The translations under genes and the position numbers were made by a program. From a virus, in IMG/VR virus record IMGVR_UViG_3300020198_000009, positions 1-64,000 of that record: a DNA stretch of 64,000 nt. One strand, 5' to 3'. Position 1 is the stretch's first letter, and every line of letters starts with the position of its first letter. The notes under the pieces are model-generated. The model saw only the letters and a program-made list of their open reading frames with translations. It had not been told where the DNA came from and ran no database searches. This document shows positions 27,286 to 37,607 of this stretch, in pieces.

Positions 27286-27909
27286 ATGAGCATCGGGAAG
27301 ACCGTCGCATGCCGACGCTGCCGCGAGCGCGGCAAGGACTGGGAGGGCGGCGATCCGGTCTGCGGCTTCGACCAGGGTGGGCTGTTCAGCGCAAGCAACT
27401 GGATGTGTGCGACGCTCTGCGACTTGCGCGAGCGCATCGAAGCGAGCGGCCAGGTGAGCTGGTGCAACGACACGTACTTTGGCACCGTCGGCTTCGAGTT
27501 CGAAGACGAGGACTTCGGCTTCCTGACCATGGCGTGGTACAAGCACCACGGCGAGACCTACTGGGCCGGCGTGGTCTTCGATGGCCGCACGCCCAAGCCG
27601 TTGACGCTGGACGTCGCCGAACGCATCCTGGGCGCCCTGCCGGCGCCAGACGGTCAATCTCCTGGCGCGGTCGGGACGTTGAACACCATCAAGGCCGACG
27701 AACCCCCCGTCAGGCTCCCGGTCGGCCAGACCCCTCTGCGCGTCGATGCCTGGGCGGTTTTGTCCCGCTGCGTCGAGGAAGGTATCGCCTACGGTTGGCG
27801 GCGCGCCCGCAAACACGTCGACAACCCCAGCGAGGACGCCGTCAAGGTCGAGATCGAAAACGCGGTGATGAACGCCGTCTGCGAGTACTTCCGCTTCTCG
27901 GACGACTAG
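27286..27909 (+). CDS. Hypothetical Cys-rich phage protein
   Basis: RBS AAGGAG; CxxC..R..DW.G.DP.C.F....F...NW.C.T...LR; W YK..G. Confidence 0.6.
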   Translation: MSIGKTVACRRCRERGKDWEGGDPVCGFDQGGLFSASNWMCATLCDLRERIEASGQVSWCNDTYFGTVGFEFEDEDFGFLTMAWYKHHGETYWAGVVFDGRTPKPLTLDVAERILGALPAPDGQSPGAVGTLNTIKADEPPVRLPVGQTPLRVDAWAVLSRCVEEGIAYGWRRARKHVDNPSEDAVKVEIENAVMNAVCEYFRFSDD

Positions 27910-29414
27910 CGGTACACGAAGACGAACTTGTCGTCTGCCTTGACCGGCACACGCGGGTCGAGGTAACGGAAGACGTCGTCGAGGATCAGGAACTGGGCAG
28001 TCGGCCGCAACCGCAGGCCGTTCATGAGCACCAGGGCCTGCCCGGGATCATGCGGTGGTCGGGACAGACGGTAGCCCAGCGAAGTGCCGACATCGTCCAT
28101 GCCCGCCACGTAGTAGTCGTATTCGAGCGCTCCCGCCACGAAGGCGTCCTTCCAAAAGAGCACGACGGCCTTGTCGGTATTCTTGAGATCGAAGGCCCCG
28201 TTCCAGGTGATGTGCGAATCGTCGGGGAACAGCAGGTAACGCTCGCCGGCAAACCATTGACCGCCGAAGCTGCCGTCGGCCGACAGGAACAGGAGAGACT
28301 TGTGGATCTCGGGCACGCGTTCCCTCAGGTTCCAGGTCGGCTTGCCCGCCGAAACCGACAATTCCTTGATCTTGACCCCGACCCCGACCCGCTCGGACAG
28401 AAAGCCGATGAGTTCGAGGGTCTCGCCGGCCCGCAACGCCAGATCGTCCCAGGTCAGACCCCCGAGTGTCTGCTCGAAGCCATGGCCCTGGGCATAGCCA
28501 AGACCGTTCAGGGACACCATTGCCGCATGGCGGTAGGGCGGACGATCTCCGCCCAGCGCGAAGGCGACCTGGTCGTCCTCGGCGACCGGCACGTCCAGCC
28601 GGGTCAGGAAATGCTGGGGCACCCAGAGATCGTCGCGGGTCCGGTCCAGGTAGCCCCGAGCCGGCAGCGAGCTGATCGTGAGTACCGATCCGTGATCGAA
28701 CGGCACCGCCGAGCCCACCGTGAGCCGAAACTCTCCCAGAGCCCACTGATCGGTACCCTGGCCTTCGAAGTAACGCAGGCCATCGACATGGACTCGCACG
28801 TCACCTGCCCGACTGGGCACGACCGACAGTGTAAAGGTGCGGTTGCGACCAGGCCTGAGGGCGAAACTCTGCTGGGCGCATAGCCCGGCGCTGTCGCGCG
28901 TGCGCGGGTAAACCGCCACGATGCTCGCCCCGGCGCGCAGCCGGACCGACGGGTGGGTAAACGTCAGTCGATTGCCCGCTACACGCAAGAAGCCAGCCGC
29001 CTGCGGATAACACGATCCTTCGTAGTAGAGCTCAGCCCGGTCGCCCACGGGTATCCCGTCGAGCCGGAAATCGACCTGACCGGTCGCGGTGACGACGTGA
29101 CGCTCGGCGTGCAGTTGACCGGCAGCGGTCGACTGACCCAGGACCTCGACGACCACCTGTTTGCCCGGCGGCAAGGGCGGGAGGTGCCAGGATAGCGTCG
29201 AGCCCCTGACCGAGACGTCGGGCATAAAATAGGTCTTGCGATCGACGATGGCCGTCAGAATACCGGCCGGATTCGGAGTGAATCCGAGCGCAAAGGTCGC
29301 CTGGCCTGACGTGGCCACTGTGACCGTCACGCGCTGATGCGCGAAGCCTTGGTTCTCAGCCGGGACGGGCAGCGACGCGAACGGGATGTCGGACGCCCCA
29401 CGGTTGATGGCCAT
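27906..29414 (-). CDS. Putative tail/baseplate structural protein with repeated small beta domains
   Basis: Repeated G...F.L...P.....V..NG units; tail-fibre operon. Confidence 0.55.
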   Translation of the reverse strand: MAINRGASDIPFASLPVPAENQGFAHQRVTVTVATSGQATFALGFTPNPAGILTAIVDRKTYFMPDVSVRGSTLSWHLPPLPPGKQVVVEVLGQSTAAGQLHAERHVVTATGQVDFRLDGIPVGDRAELYYEGSCYPQAAGFLRVAGNRLTFTHPSVRLRAGASIVAVYPRTRDSAGLCAQQSFALRPGRNRTFTLSVVPSRAGDVRVHVDGLRYFEGQGTDQWALGEFRLTVGSAVPFDHGSVLTISSLPARGYLDRTRDDLWVPQHFLTRLDVPVAEDDQVAFALGGDRPPYRHAAMVSLNGLGYAQGHGFEQTLGGLTWDDLALRAGETLELIGFLSERVGVGVKIKELSVSAGKPTWNLRERVPEIHKSLLFLSADGSFGGQWFAGERYLLFPDDSHITWNGAFDLKNTDKAVVLFWKDAFVAGALEYDYYVAGMDDVGTSLGYRLSRPPHDPGQALVLMNGLRLRPTAQFLILDDVFRYLDPRVPVKADDKFVFVYR

Positions 29415-29416
29415 GG

Positions 29417-32400
29417 CTAGACCTGCATGCGCGCGTGCGGGTAGGTCAGGAAGGCCTTGGCGGGATCGTCGGCCGTGAACGCCCCCTCGTTGCTGACGAC
29501 CGATAGGCCATAGAGCGCCCCGTCGAGTTCGACCAGGCTCATCCAGGCCATGAAGCCGCCATTGGGCACCACCACGCCCGCGCCCAGGGTGATGGTGCCA
29601 TCGAGCGCAAGGTCCATGCCTTCGAGCGGTATGGGTCCGCTCTGAGGCAGGGTGAGGATGTCCCGGAAGGTCGTCTCGGGGTCCTCGTCGACGCCGACCA
29701 GCTCACCGGCCATGGACGGGAACTTCTCGGTAACCGGATCGACATAGGCCTCCGGAGTGTTGGCGATGCTCGAATTCGAGGCCAGCAGGTAGCCCCTGGC
29801 CGCCAGCTTGAAACTGTCGTCGGCCGTCACGGGCAGGGATGGCATCCCGGCGTAGTCGTAGGTCAGCAGGAGCGTCTCCTGCGCGCCCAGCGAACTGGCC
29901 CGCAGCAAGGGGAGCTTGAGACCGTAGGCCCCCGCCCGCAACTGGTAGACCTGGCCACCGAGAGTCTCCCACTTGGTCTGTTCGGGCGCCGGCAACGCCA
30001 GGTACTCGGCGCTGGAAATCGTCAGATCGATCTGGACGCGGTTACGATCGAAGCCGCCGTAGGTGCATGGGTATAGCCGATCGTCGACATAGACGCCACC
30101 CACCTTGTTGCCGCCGCTCTGGTGGACGAATCCCAGCGCGCCCAGCAGGACCGAGTTGGCTGGCAGTGCCAGGCCGTAGCCGGTCGCGCCGCCCGCGATT
30201 TCCAGTTCCTGCCAGCTGGCGATTGCCAGATCGTCGAGACTGCGATTGCGCGGCCGGTAGTTGGCCACCTGGCCGCCCAGCGCCAGCACGACCTTGACCT
30301 GCCGGCCAGCCACGATCACGTCGGCGAATTCCAGGGAATGATTCTGCTCTCCGAGCTTGAAGGTCTGTATACCGACCACGTCCCCGAGGATCTCGGCCGA
30401 GATGGGCCCGAGCACCGCCCGGCCAGCCAAGGACAGCGGGATACTGATGGCATTGGTGCCGTTGGCCACGAAGACCTTCTCGATGGCGACCGCGTCCCCC
30501 TTGGTCGTCGCACCGACGGGTGTACGCAGCTCGGTGCCGTCGGCCACCACGACCCGCGTCTCGGGCACGGCGCCGTCGACCAGTTGAACGTCAGTAGCCC
30601 CGCGGATCGCGCCGTAGACCGTGACGGGCACATGGGCCAGGAAACTTCCAGCACTCTGCCGGACCCGGTACGAAACGCAGACCGTGCCGGCTGGATCGTA
30701 GTCGGGATCCTCGATGTCGAACAGGATGGATGCCGAATCCGGGCTCTCGCCCACCGACCAGGGGCCCAGGACCCCGACCGGCCCGCCGCTGCCCAACCAG
30801 GTAAGGGCAGTGACGGGCTGATCCGATCCGGGGCCGCCAAGGTAGAGATGGCCGTCGACGGGCGCGTTGATGATCAAGGTCTTGGACCCGTCCTCGTAGG
30901 TCACCAGGGCGTCGGTGTAATCGCCTGAAACCGCAAAGTGCGTACCCACCCAGTAAGGATCGGCGCCCGGCGTCCAGCGCCGGCGTATGCCATCGGCCGC
31001 TCCCAGCCAGTTGGCGCCATCAACCGCCTCGGGAGCGATGGCCTCGACCTGGAGCGGCCGCTTCGAATAGTGGCCAGCCACCAGGCTCGACGCGCCCATC
31101 TGGTTGGGGTGATTGGCACGCAGGACACTGTCGACGACCTGGCCGAGCAGCATGGAGTAGTTGAGGCTGCCGAAATGCAACACCGGGGCGACCACCTCGA
31201 TTTCATCCTGGTGGAAACGATCGTGGCGCTTGTCGTCCGGGCGCGTGGGATTGCCGTTGTTCAGGCCGCCACCGGCCAGGTTGGAAACCAGGTAGGGATC
31301 GCGATTGAAGCGCGAGACCAGAGCGACCGGAACGGCCCAACTCTCGCCGTCCGACGACGCCCCATACGCGCTCTTGTAGTAACCGCCCTCGGCGAGCGCG
31401 TAGGCGCCGCCGCCGATCGCCACGACTGCCGGATTGGCCATGAGCTTCTCGGCCCGATCGTAGGCAACCCCGGCTGCCACTGTGACGCGCACGCGGGTGG
31501 CTACATAGCCCACGCCCGTCAGCGGCACGTAGAACGATCCGTCGGTGGGCGGCGCGGCCAGGATCACCCGCCAGGCCTCCAGGAACAGGAGATCCGTGCG
31601 CACTCCAGCAAGCGGTGCCTCGGGTAATACGACATGCTGGGTAGGGACCGGGAACATCACGCCATTGAGTATGGCCAGGTTGGCCGCGATGTCGAGCTGA
31701 TTGGCCGCCTCGGCGCCCGAGACCGCCAACGGCCGCGCAAACCCCGAGCGGCGCGCCTTGCGGTGCAACTCGACCTCGGCGCCGGTCTGGATGTTCGCCT
31801 GGGCGATTTCGTTGGCCAGGATCCACAGCAGATCCTGGCAGCCGGCCATGCCGTCTGTCACGTCGGCATAAGCCGCCAGTACGCCCAGTTCGGTCGAATA
31901 GGCCGTGCCCGAGCCTACCGCGCCGGTATCCTGATTGACCCAGACGTAGATCCGCTCATCGACCAACTGCGTGACATCGTAGCTGAACGTCGCCTCGGCC
32001 AGAGTCTGGAGCACACGGTAATGCTCCCTGCCTCCCGAGACCAGGCGCAGGAAGACCTTGAAGGGCGCCACCGCAACCTGTTGCCCAAGACCGTTGATGT
32101 CGCCCGCATTGATGAGCACGACATTGTACTGGGCTCCGCCGCGCAACCGCAGCTCGGCCTGAAGGACTTCCGAGAGGACGGACATCGAGACCAGCGGACC
32201 GTTAAAGGCCGCGTCCCCGAAGTCCATGCCCGCATCGTACAGATCGCCGGGCGCCAGGGGGTCTGGTGTGTCTATGACCCGGCTCTGGGTGCGCTCGTCG
32301 GTTGCCAGGGATAGGTCGGCCATGGCGTCGGAATTAGCCCCCCAACTGACCTTGGCCAGCACGATGTGGGTATTGGCCGCCTGGGGTACGACAGTGACTT

Positions 32401-32674
32401 CCCGGGTGTCGTCGGGCTCGAAGACCACATAGGCCGACCCGGCGGTCGCCGGCAAGTCGAGCCCGAAGATGGGCGGATCCAGATCGCTGGGGCGGTAGAC
32501 CGTCGCGGCGAAGCCCGCTTGCCCGAAGCGCACCGAGATCTCGCGATCGCCGATCGCCAGGTTGTCGCCGCCCTTGTCGCGCATGATGGCCGCACCCACC
32601 ACGAGCTTGTCGGCACTGGGATGCTTGCTGACGACCCCGCCTGCATAGACCCCGTAGGTCCCGTTGACCGGCAT
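29417..32674 (-). CDS. Large tail fibre/baseplate structural protein
   Basis: 1085 aa, beta-rich; LP.AP..G.R.DL.FLEAWR and A.P.A.V.R.N...RPD motifs of myophage baseplate/fibre proteins. Confidence 0.55.
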   Translation of the reverse strand: MPVNGTYGVYAGGVVSKHPSADKLVVGAAIMRDKGGDNLAIGDREISVRFGQAGFAATVYRPSDLDPPIFGLDLPATAGSAYVVFEPDDTREVTVVPQAANTHIVLAKVSWGANSDAMADLSLATDERTQSRVIDTPDPLAPGDLYDAGMDFGDAAFNGPLVSMSVLSEVLQAELRLRGGAQYNVVLINAGDINGLGQQVAVAPFKVFLRLVSGGREHYRVLQTLAEATFSYDVTQLVDERIYVWVNQDTGAVGSGTAYSTELGVLAAYADVTDGMAGCQDLLWILANEIAQANIQTGAEVELHRKARRSGFARPLAVSGAEAANQLDIAANLAILNGVMFPVPTQHVVLPEAPLAGVRTDLLFLEAWRVILAAPPTDGSFYVPLTGVGYVATRVRVTVAAGVAYDRAEKLMANPAVVAIGGGAYALAEGGYYKSAYGASSDGESWAVPVALVSRFNRDPYLVSNLAGGGLNNGNPTRPDDKRHDRFHQDEIEVVAPVLHFGSLNYSMLLGQVVDSVLRANHPNQMGASSLVAGHYSKRPLQVEAIAPEAVDGANWLGAADGIRRRWTPGADPYWVGTHFAVSGDYTDALVTYEDGSKTLIINAPVDGHLYLGGPGSDQPVTALTWLGSGGPVGVLGPWSVGESPDSASILFDIEDPDYDPAGTVCVSYRVRQSAGSFLAHVPVTVYGAIRGATDVQLVDGAVPETRVVVADGTELRTPVGATTKGDAVAIEKVFVANGTNAISIPLSLAGRAVLGPISAEILGDVVGIQTFKLGEQNHSLEFADVIVAGRQVKVVLALGGQVANYRPRNRSLDDLAIASWQELEIAGGATGYGLALPANSVLLGALGFVHQSGGNKVGGVYVDDRLYPCTYGGFDRNRVQIDLTISSAEYLALPAPEQTKWETLGGQVYQLRAGAYGLKLPLLRASSLGAQETLLLTYDYAGMPSLPVTADDSFKLAARGYLLASNSSIANTPEAYVDPVTEKFPSMAGELVGVDEDPETTFRDILTLPQSGPIPLEGMDLALDGTITLGAGVVVPNGGFMAWMSLVELDGALYGLSVVSNEGAFTADDPAKAFLTYPHARMQV

Positions 32675-32678
32675 CAGG

Positions 32679-33194
32679 CTACCTCACGAAGACGATTTGC
32701 CAGGAGACCGTCAGGCGCAACCGGGCGAACTTGTCGAGGGGCGGGAAGGTGAAGCGCGCGAACAGCTTACCGTTGCCGCTCTTGAGCCCCACCTCGCTGA
32801 ACTGCTGGCCGGTTCCCACTCCAGGAGCCATCGTACTGGTGAAGACCACGCTGTCGACCGTCGGATAGGCCGCCGGGCTGATGACCTCGGTGGCCAGCAC
32901 TTCGTTTTCGAGGGCCTCGTCGGTGGCGGCCGGCTCGGTGGCGCCATCCCCCCAGCCGACGCTCGTGACGAACCCGCCCTCGTCGCCGGCCAGGGCCCGG
33001 GCCAGGATGCCGCGTGCGTCGTTGACGATGGTATTGTACGCGTAGCAGTAGGCGACCTGGCCGTGATCGGGGGAAAAAATGTCGTCGACCACGCCCTTGA
33101 TCTCGACCCGGCCGAAGACGGGCCGGCGCAAGCGGCTGATGTGCTTGATGAGGCCGCCAACGGCGCCGATAGCACGTTGTAACCAGTCGCGCAC
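32679..33194 (-). CDS. Baseplate/tail-fibre attachment protein
   Basis: NTIVN..R..LA; GWGDG..P...D..L..E; FSEVGL....G.LFAR..F....K......V.WQI. Confidence 0.7.
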   Translation of the reverse strand: MRDWLQRAIGAVGGLIKHISRLRRPVFGRVEIKGVVDDIFSPDHGQVAYCYAYNTIVNDARGILARALAGDEGGFVTSVGWGDGATEPAATDEALENEVLATEVISPAAYPTVDSVVFTSTMAPGVGTGQQFSEVGLKSGNGKLFARFTFPPLDKFARLRLTVSWQIVFVR

Positions 33195-33230
33195 GCTGCC
33201 TTACTCCATGAATGTGGTCCTACCAGTTGA

Positions 33231-33237
33231 ATTATAG
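33231..33237 (-). promoter_or_regulatory. Putative late promoter CTATAAT followed by TGGTAGGACC
   Basis: ctataattcaactggtaggacc; nearly identical to 40442-40463. Confidence 0.6.
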
Positions 33238-33249
33238 AATCGCCGCCGG

Positions 33250-34365
33250 TCAGGCCAGATGACCCAGGTCGGGCCGGTACTTCTCGATGATGGCGCGAAA
33301 ACGCGTCCTGGTGCGATCTATCAGCTTCTTGATGGCCGCCGGAGTCTTGCCCACCTCCAGCCCGAAACCCCGAGATCCAGCGGTCGCGTCCAGCCCGTCG
33401 GGGGTCGCAACGATTTCCGAGACCTCGCCGGCGATGTCGCGCTCGTCGAGGGGCACGGTGTGGTGATAGAGTCCGTGGAATGCCCCGAAGACGCTGCCCT
33501 CCATCGCTGACAGGTGGCTGACCAGCTGATTGAGCGATTCGACCGTCTCGTCGCTGACCAGGTACTCGACCAGATCCGAGCCGATGGGCAGATCGGTGAC
33601 CTGGGCGTAGCCGGTGTCCTCCTTCTGACTGTCGGGGGCATGGCTCACATCGGTCGGGTGAATCGACAATGCCCCGCCCAGCAGTGCCTGAATGTGAATG
33701 GCCTTGGTGGTGCCGAGCATGCGCAACTCGTCATGGAGGGCCGCGGCGCTCTCGGGATCCGGGGCCGAGGTCACCACGACGGCATTTTCTGGGATATCGT
33801 CCTCGGGGCCTATCAACAGCAGCTTGATTTCAGTGGGTTCCGGTTCTTTTTTCAGTTTTTCCGGCTGACCTTCCGGATCTTCCGGGTTTTCCAGGAATTC
33901 CGTACGACTGGGCACGAGCTTGCGGGTCCTGGCCTTCTTGGCGACCGTCACGCGCACGACCTTCCATGGGAGATCCGGGGTGAAGGTCTCGCAGGCGTGC
34001 CGGTTGAGGATCTTCTTGAGCTTCATGATGTCCTGGAAGGGCACCTTGGCGGCATAGCCCATCTCCGAGAGGTACTTGACGATTTCCTTGCGGACATGCC
34101 AACCGGCAAACGTCAGCAACCGGTAGCCCTGGGACATGTCGAAATGCCGGATTCCATGGAGGAGGCCCAGGATGGCCGACTGCTCCAGGTCCGCATGCTC
34201 GACCCAGGTCGGGGCCGTGAAGCGGTTGATCATCGTGGCGACAAAGGGCCGATGCGCCTCGATGAGCTCCTGGACGGCCCACTTGGCTGCCCGCGCATCG
34301 GGCCCCTGGGCAACGGCCAGCAGTTCGTACTCGTGCTTGGCCGTGATGACCTTGTGCGGTTTCAA
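33250..34365 (-). CDS. Phage-encoded sigma70-family factor
   Basis: Region 1.2/2: EYELL..AQ.....A..ELIEAH..FV....RF; DLEQ.A.LGLL..I..FD.SQGYRL.TFA.W.VR..I. Degenerate C-terminal region-4-like HTH. Start probably TTG 34365. Confidence 0.8.
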   Translation of the reverse strand: MKPHKVITAKHEYELLAVAQGPDARAAKWAVQELIEAHRPFVATMINRFTAPTWVEHADLEQSAILGLLHGIRHFDMSQGYRLLTFAGWHVRKEIVKYLSEMGYAAKVPFQDIMKLKKILNRHACETFTPDLPWKVVRVTVAKKARTRKLVPSRTEFLENPEDPEGQPEKLKKEPEPTEIKLLLIGPEDDIPENAVVVTSAPDPESAAALHDELRMLGTTKAIHIQALLGGALSIHPTDVSHAPDSQKEDTGYAQVTDLPIGSDLVEYLVSDETVESLNQLVSHLSAMEGSVFGAFHGLYHHTVPLDERDIAGEVSEIVATPDGLDATAGSRGFGLEVGKTPAAIKKLIDRTRTRFRAIIEKYRPDLGHLA

Positions 34366-34790
34366 GCAGCGGGACTCTTTCCGGCCTTGGCGGCCTCGTA
34401 GGCACGATCGCAACCCAGCGGCAACCCGACGTCATGCCCATGGTGGTAGCCGATCTGGGGATCGCGCCGGTAGCCGACCGCCGCCCGGGCCGGTCGCCAG
34501 GCCTCGCCCCCGAACGGCGACTGCTTGGGATAGCACAAGGTGTAGAGCACGGCCCAGAACGCTTCGAGCTGGTAGTCCGCCGGCACCTGGGGCAAGAAGC
34601 GCACGTGCTCGACCGTCATGCCGCCAGGCGCGAAGGCGAAGACGAGCTCCTCGATGGCAAAACCGCGATCCGCCAGGTCCTTGAGGGCGCATTCGATACC
34701 GATGCAAGCGTCGGCGAACTGGCCACCCCCTTCGCGCAACGCGGCCGCAATGGCCTCTTGGAGGTAGTCGGCTGCGTCGGATTCGGTCAC
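34362..34790 (-). CDS. Hypothetical protein
   Basis: Protein-like ORF coupled to the sigma gene. Confidence 0.5.
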   Translation of the reverse strand: MTESDAADYLQEAIAAALREGGGQFADACIGIECALKDLADRGFAIEELVFAFAPGGMTVEHVRFLPQVPADYQLEAFWAVLYTLCYPKQSPFGGEAWRPARAAVGYRRDPQIGYHHGHDVGLPLGCDRAYEAAKAGKSPAA

Positions 34791-34801
34791 GAGGCCGGCT
34801 C

Positions 34802-34808
34802 CTATAAT
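34802..34808 (+). promoter_or_regulatory. Putative late promoter CTATAAT for the sheath operon
   Basis: Followed by hairpin ggtgggaccg/cggtcctacc and RBS AAGGAG. Confidence 0.6.
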
Positions 34809-34885
34809 CCCAATGGATAGGGTGGGACCGCAGAAAAAACGGTCCTACCACAGAGTTTACCAGTCAACCAAGGAGCTCCGCAACC

Positions 34886-36814
34886 ATGATTGCCAGGTAC
34901 GTCCGGCCAGGCGTCGAGATCCAGCAGGTCTTCCTGTCAGCCAACCCCACGCTGGTAGCCCCCGACCTGCCGACGGTCGTCGTGGGTCCGAACTACCAAA
35001 TCGTCGAGGGCGGCGAGGGCGCGGCCTATGCGGGCGCCGAACTGGCCCTGGCCTACCCGGACCTCGAAGCGGGCGCCATCATCCTGGAAGACGAGGTGGG
35101 CGTCAAGCTCTCGGCCGTGATCAACAAGGTCATGGGCCAGGCCGATTTGACCTGCGACGTGGCAGACGATGCGCTGACCATCGAGCCGGGCGAGAATGAT
35201 CCCACCTTCGAGGCGACGGGCGTGGCGGTGGGCGATAGGATTGCCATCACCAAGGACAACGCGACCTACAGCGTCAAGGTCAAGGCCGTGGTCGACGCCA
35301 CCACGCTGACCATCGACAAGGATCTCGATCTGGCTGGCGCGGCCTTCCTGATCACCCGGCCGCATGCGGCCTTCTACATCCCGGTCGACTCGCTGACGGT
35401 CACGGCCGACGACGTGACCATCGCCGCAGACCTGATGGTCGACGACCTGTCGGTCTACAGCGCGACGGCCACGGTCGATTACCGGGCGTTGCGCACCGGT
35501 ACGGCCAACAAGCTGACGACCGTCAACCGGGCCAGCGACATCACCGCCAAGCTCGGGAAAATCGACGAGCTCAACCCGTTGGCCCTGGGCGCCTCGTTCG
35601 CCAAGGCCAACACGGTCAGCTCGGTGCTGGCCATGGGCATCGAGGGCACCGACGCGGCCGACTGGCTAACGGCCCTCGGCTTCTTGCAGAACGAGGACGT
35701 CTACACGGTGGTCCTGCTCACCCAGGACAGTGCCGTCCAGTCCCAGGTCAAGGCCCATGTCGACGGCATGTCGGTTCCCGAGAAGAGCCGTTTCCGCATC
35801 GGCTTCATCAATCTGGCCCACCCGCGCGAGTCGGTTGCGGCCGAACCGCTCACCCAGGCCTCCCTGGTCCGGGCCGGCGGGGTGGTCAGCGTCTCGCATG
35901 CCCAGGCCAATTTCTCGGGCAACGTCCTGGCCGGCGACTACGTCATCGTCACCAAGCGCACCGCCGCCCCGGCGACCGCCGATCCGACCCTGGAGGGGGC
36001 CTACATGGTCTCCTCGGTCAAGAATGACAGCACGTTGGTCGTCGAGTCCAAGCAGTACACCGGCTCGAATGGCACGTACAGCTTCGTCAAGAATCTCACG
36101 CAGGATTTCGCGGCCAACTCGGTTGACATCAAGGTGGTCCGGGTCCTCGACAAGGACGGCCAGGCGATGGCCATCGCCCGGACCGCCGATTCGTACGGCG
36201 ACCGCCGGATCTTCTACATCACCAACCACGAGTGCGCGGCCACCGTTGGCGGCCAGGACCTGGTGCTGCCGGGCTACTACCTGTGCGCGGGCTTTGGCGG
36301 CATGAACGCCGGCAACCCGCCCCACCAGGGCTTCACCAACCTGGGCCTGCTGGGCTTCAAGAAGGTCCACTACGGGTCGAAGTACTTCAACGAGGATCAG
36401 TGCCAGCTCATCGCGGGATCGGGCGGTTGGCTGGTTATGCAGGAAACCGACGAGGGCCTGCCCTTCGCCTACCTCCAGACCTCGACCGACAACAGCACCA
36501 TCCAGCGCCGGGAGCTGTCCATCACCAAGACCCTCGACTACTACAGCAAGGGCCTCAAGGCAGTGGTGGGTCGCTTCATCGGCCCGTACAACATCGTCGA
36601 CGAGACCCTTACGGCGCTGCACAACGGCATCGAAGGCTTCCATCAGGGTCTCAAGAGCACGCGGTACGACAAGATTGGCGCGGTGCTCCTATCGGCCGAA
36701 ATCGTCGAGATCAAGCAGGACGATCTCGAATCGGATACCACCCGCATCACCACCCAGGTCGACATCCCGACGCCCTTCAACCGTGCCAAGGTGCGGGTCG
36801 AAGTCCAGTCGTAG
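34886..36814 (+). CDS. Tail sheath protein
   Basis: YVRPGVEI.Q; NPL.LG; AL..L....VY.VV.LT; HV..MS.PE; PGYYLCA...G; P.Q..TN; L...G; RELSI.K..DY; P.P.N. Confidence 0.88.
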   Translation: MIARYVRPGVEIQQVFLSANPTLVAPDLPTVVVGPNYQIVEGGEGAAYAGAELALAYPDLEAGAIILEDEVGVKLSAVINKVMGQADLTCDVADDALTIEPGENDPTFEATGVAVGDRIAITKDNATYSVKVKAVVDATTLTIDKDLDLAGAAFLITRPHAAFYIPVDSLTVTADDVTIAADLMVDDLSVYSATATVDYRALRTGTANKLTTVNRASDITAKLGKIDELNPLALGASFAKANTVSSVLAMGIEGTDAADWLTALGFLQNEDVYTVVLLTQDSAVQSQVKAHVDGMSVPEKSRFRIGFINLAHPRESVAAEPLTQASLVRAGGVVSVSHAQANFSGNVLAGDYVIVTKRTAAPATADPTLEGAYMVSSVKNDSTLVVESKQYTGSNGTYSFVKNLTQDFAANSVDIKVVRVLDKDGQAMAIARTADSYGDRRIFYITNHECAATVGGQDLVLPGYYLCAGFGGMNAGNPPHQGFTNLGLLGFKKVHYGSKYFNEDQCQLIAGSGGWLVMQETDEGLPFAYLQTSTDNSTIQRRELSITKTLDYYSKGLKAVVGRFIGPYNIVDETLTALHNGIEGFHQGLKSTRYDKIGAVLLSAEIVEIKQDDLESDTTRITTQVDIPTPFNRAKVRVEVQS

Positions 36815-36827
36815 GAGGAGCAGGTAG

Positions 36828-37598
36828 ATGGGTTCGCTTTCAGAGTTCCTGGCCCAGGAGAACTTCTTCAAGGACACCGCCCTGGTGGGTGGCAGCACTC
36901 CGAACCTCGACTTCGCCAACAAGTTCGTCCAGTTCAACGACGACCCGCTGCGGGTAGCCTCGGGCGAGGCATCCATCCTGTTTGCCGGGCCGCCCATCCT
37001 GGGCAAGCCGGCTGGCGACTTCGCCAGCCTGCTCATGCCCATCGGCGGCGTCCAGGGCATCCAGGACGGGGGCACGGCCAACGTGGTGCCCTATCGCGAG
37101 GTGGGCTCGAAGCTCAAGCGCGCCGCTCGCGCCAGCGCCGACTACCGCATCAGCATCGGCAAGGTCGTGACCTGGCACTCGAACCTGCTCCACGCGTTCT
37201 ACTCCTGGATCCCCAAGCTGACGAGCAAGACCACCACGTCGAAAGAACTGGAGATGCTCCTGGCACCGGGCAGCCCCAACGCGGGCGGCGGCAGCGATTC
37301 GACCGAAAAGAAGGAGGTCGGCCTGGGGCACTGGATCAACCTGGATTCGGACATCTTCGCCGTGCCATTCGGCTGCCTGTTCCTGACCGTCACGGGCGGC
37401 GGCGAGATCCTGTCGCAGGAGTACTGGGAGCGCTGCCTGATCGCCGATCTCGGCAAGACGACCGGCGCGGGCCAACCCATGATCCAGGAGCAGGTCAGCC
37501 TGATCGTGGGCCGGAAGGTCCCGGCCGGCAACATCGCGGTCGGCATGACGGGGGCCAAGTTCAAGATCACGACCGGCAACGTCCCAGCCTCCAGATAG
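36828..37598 (+). CDS. Tail tube-like protein 1
   Basis: Follows sheath; .GPP......L.PIG.VQ; EVGS; INLDSD.F..PFG; Y.E.C. Confidence 0.7.
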   Translation: MGSLSEFLAQENFFKDTALVGGSTPNLDFANKFVQFNDDPLRVASGEASILFAGPPILGKPAGDFASLLMPIGGVQGIQDGGTANVVPYREVGSKLKRAARASADYRISIGKVVTWHSNLLHAFYSWIPKLTSKTTTSKELEMLLAPGSPNAGGGSDSTEKKEVGLGHWINLDSDIFAVPFGCLFLTVTGGGEILSQEYWERCLIADLGKTTGAGQPMIQEQVSLIVGRKVPAGNIAVGMTGAKFKITTGNVPASR

Positions 37599-37607
37599 GC
37601 GGCAGAA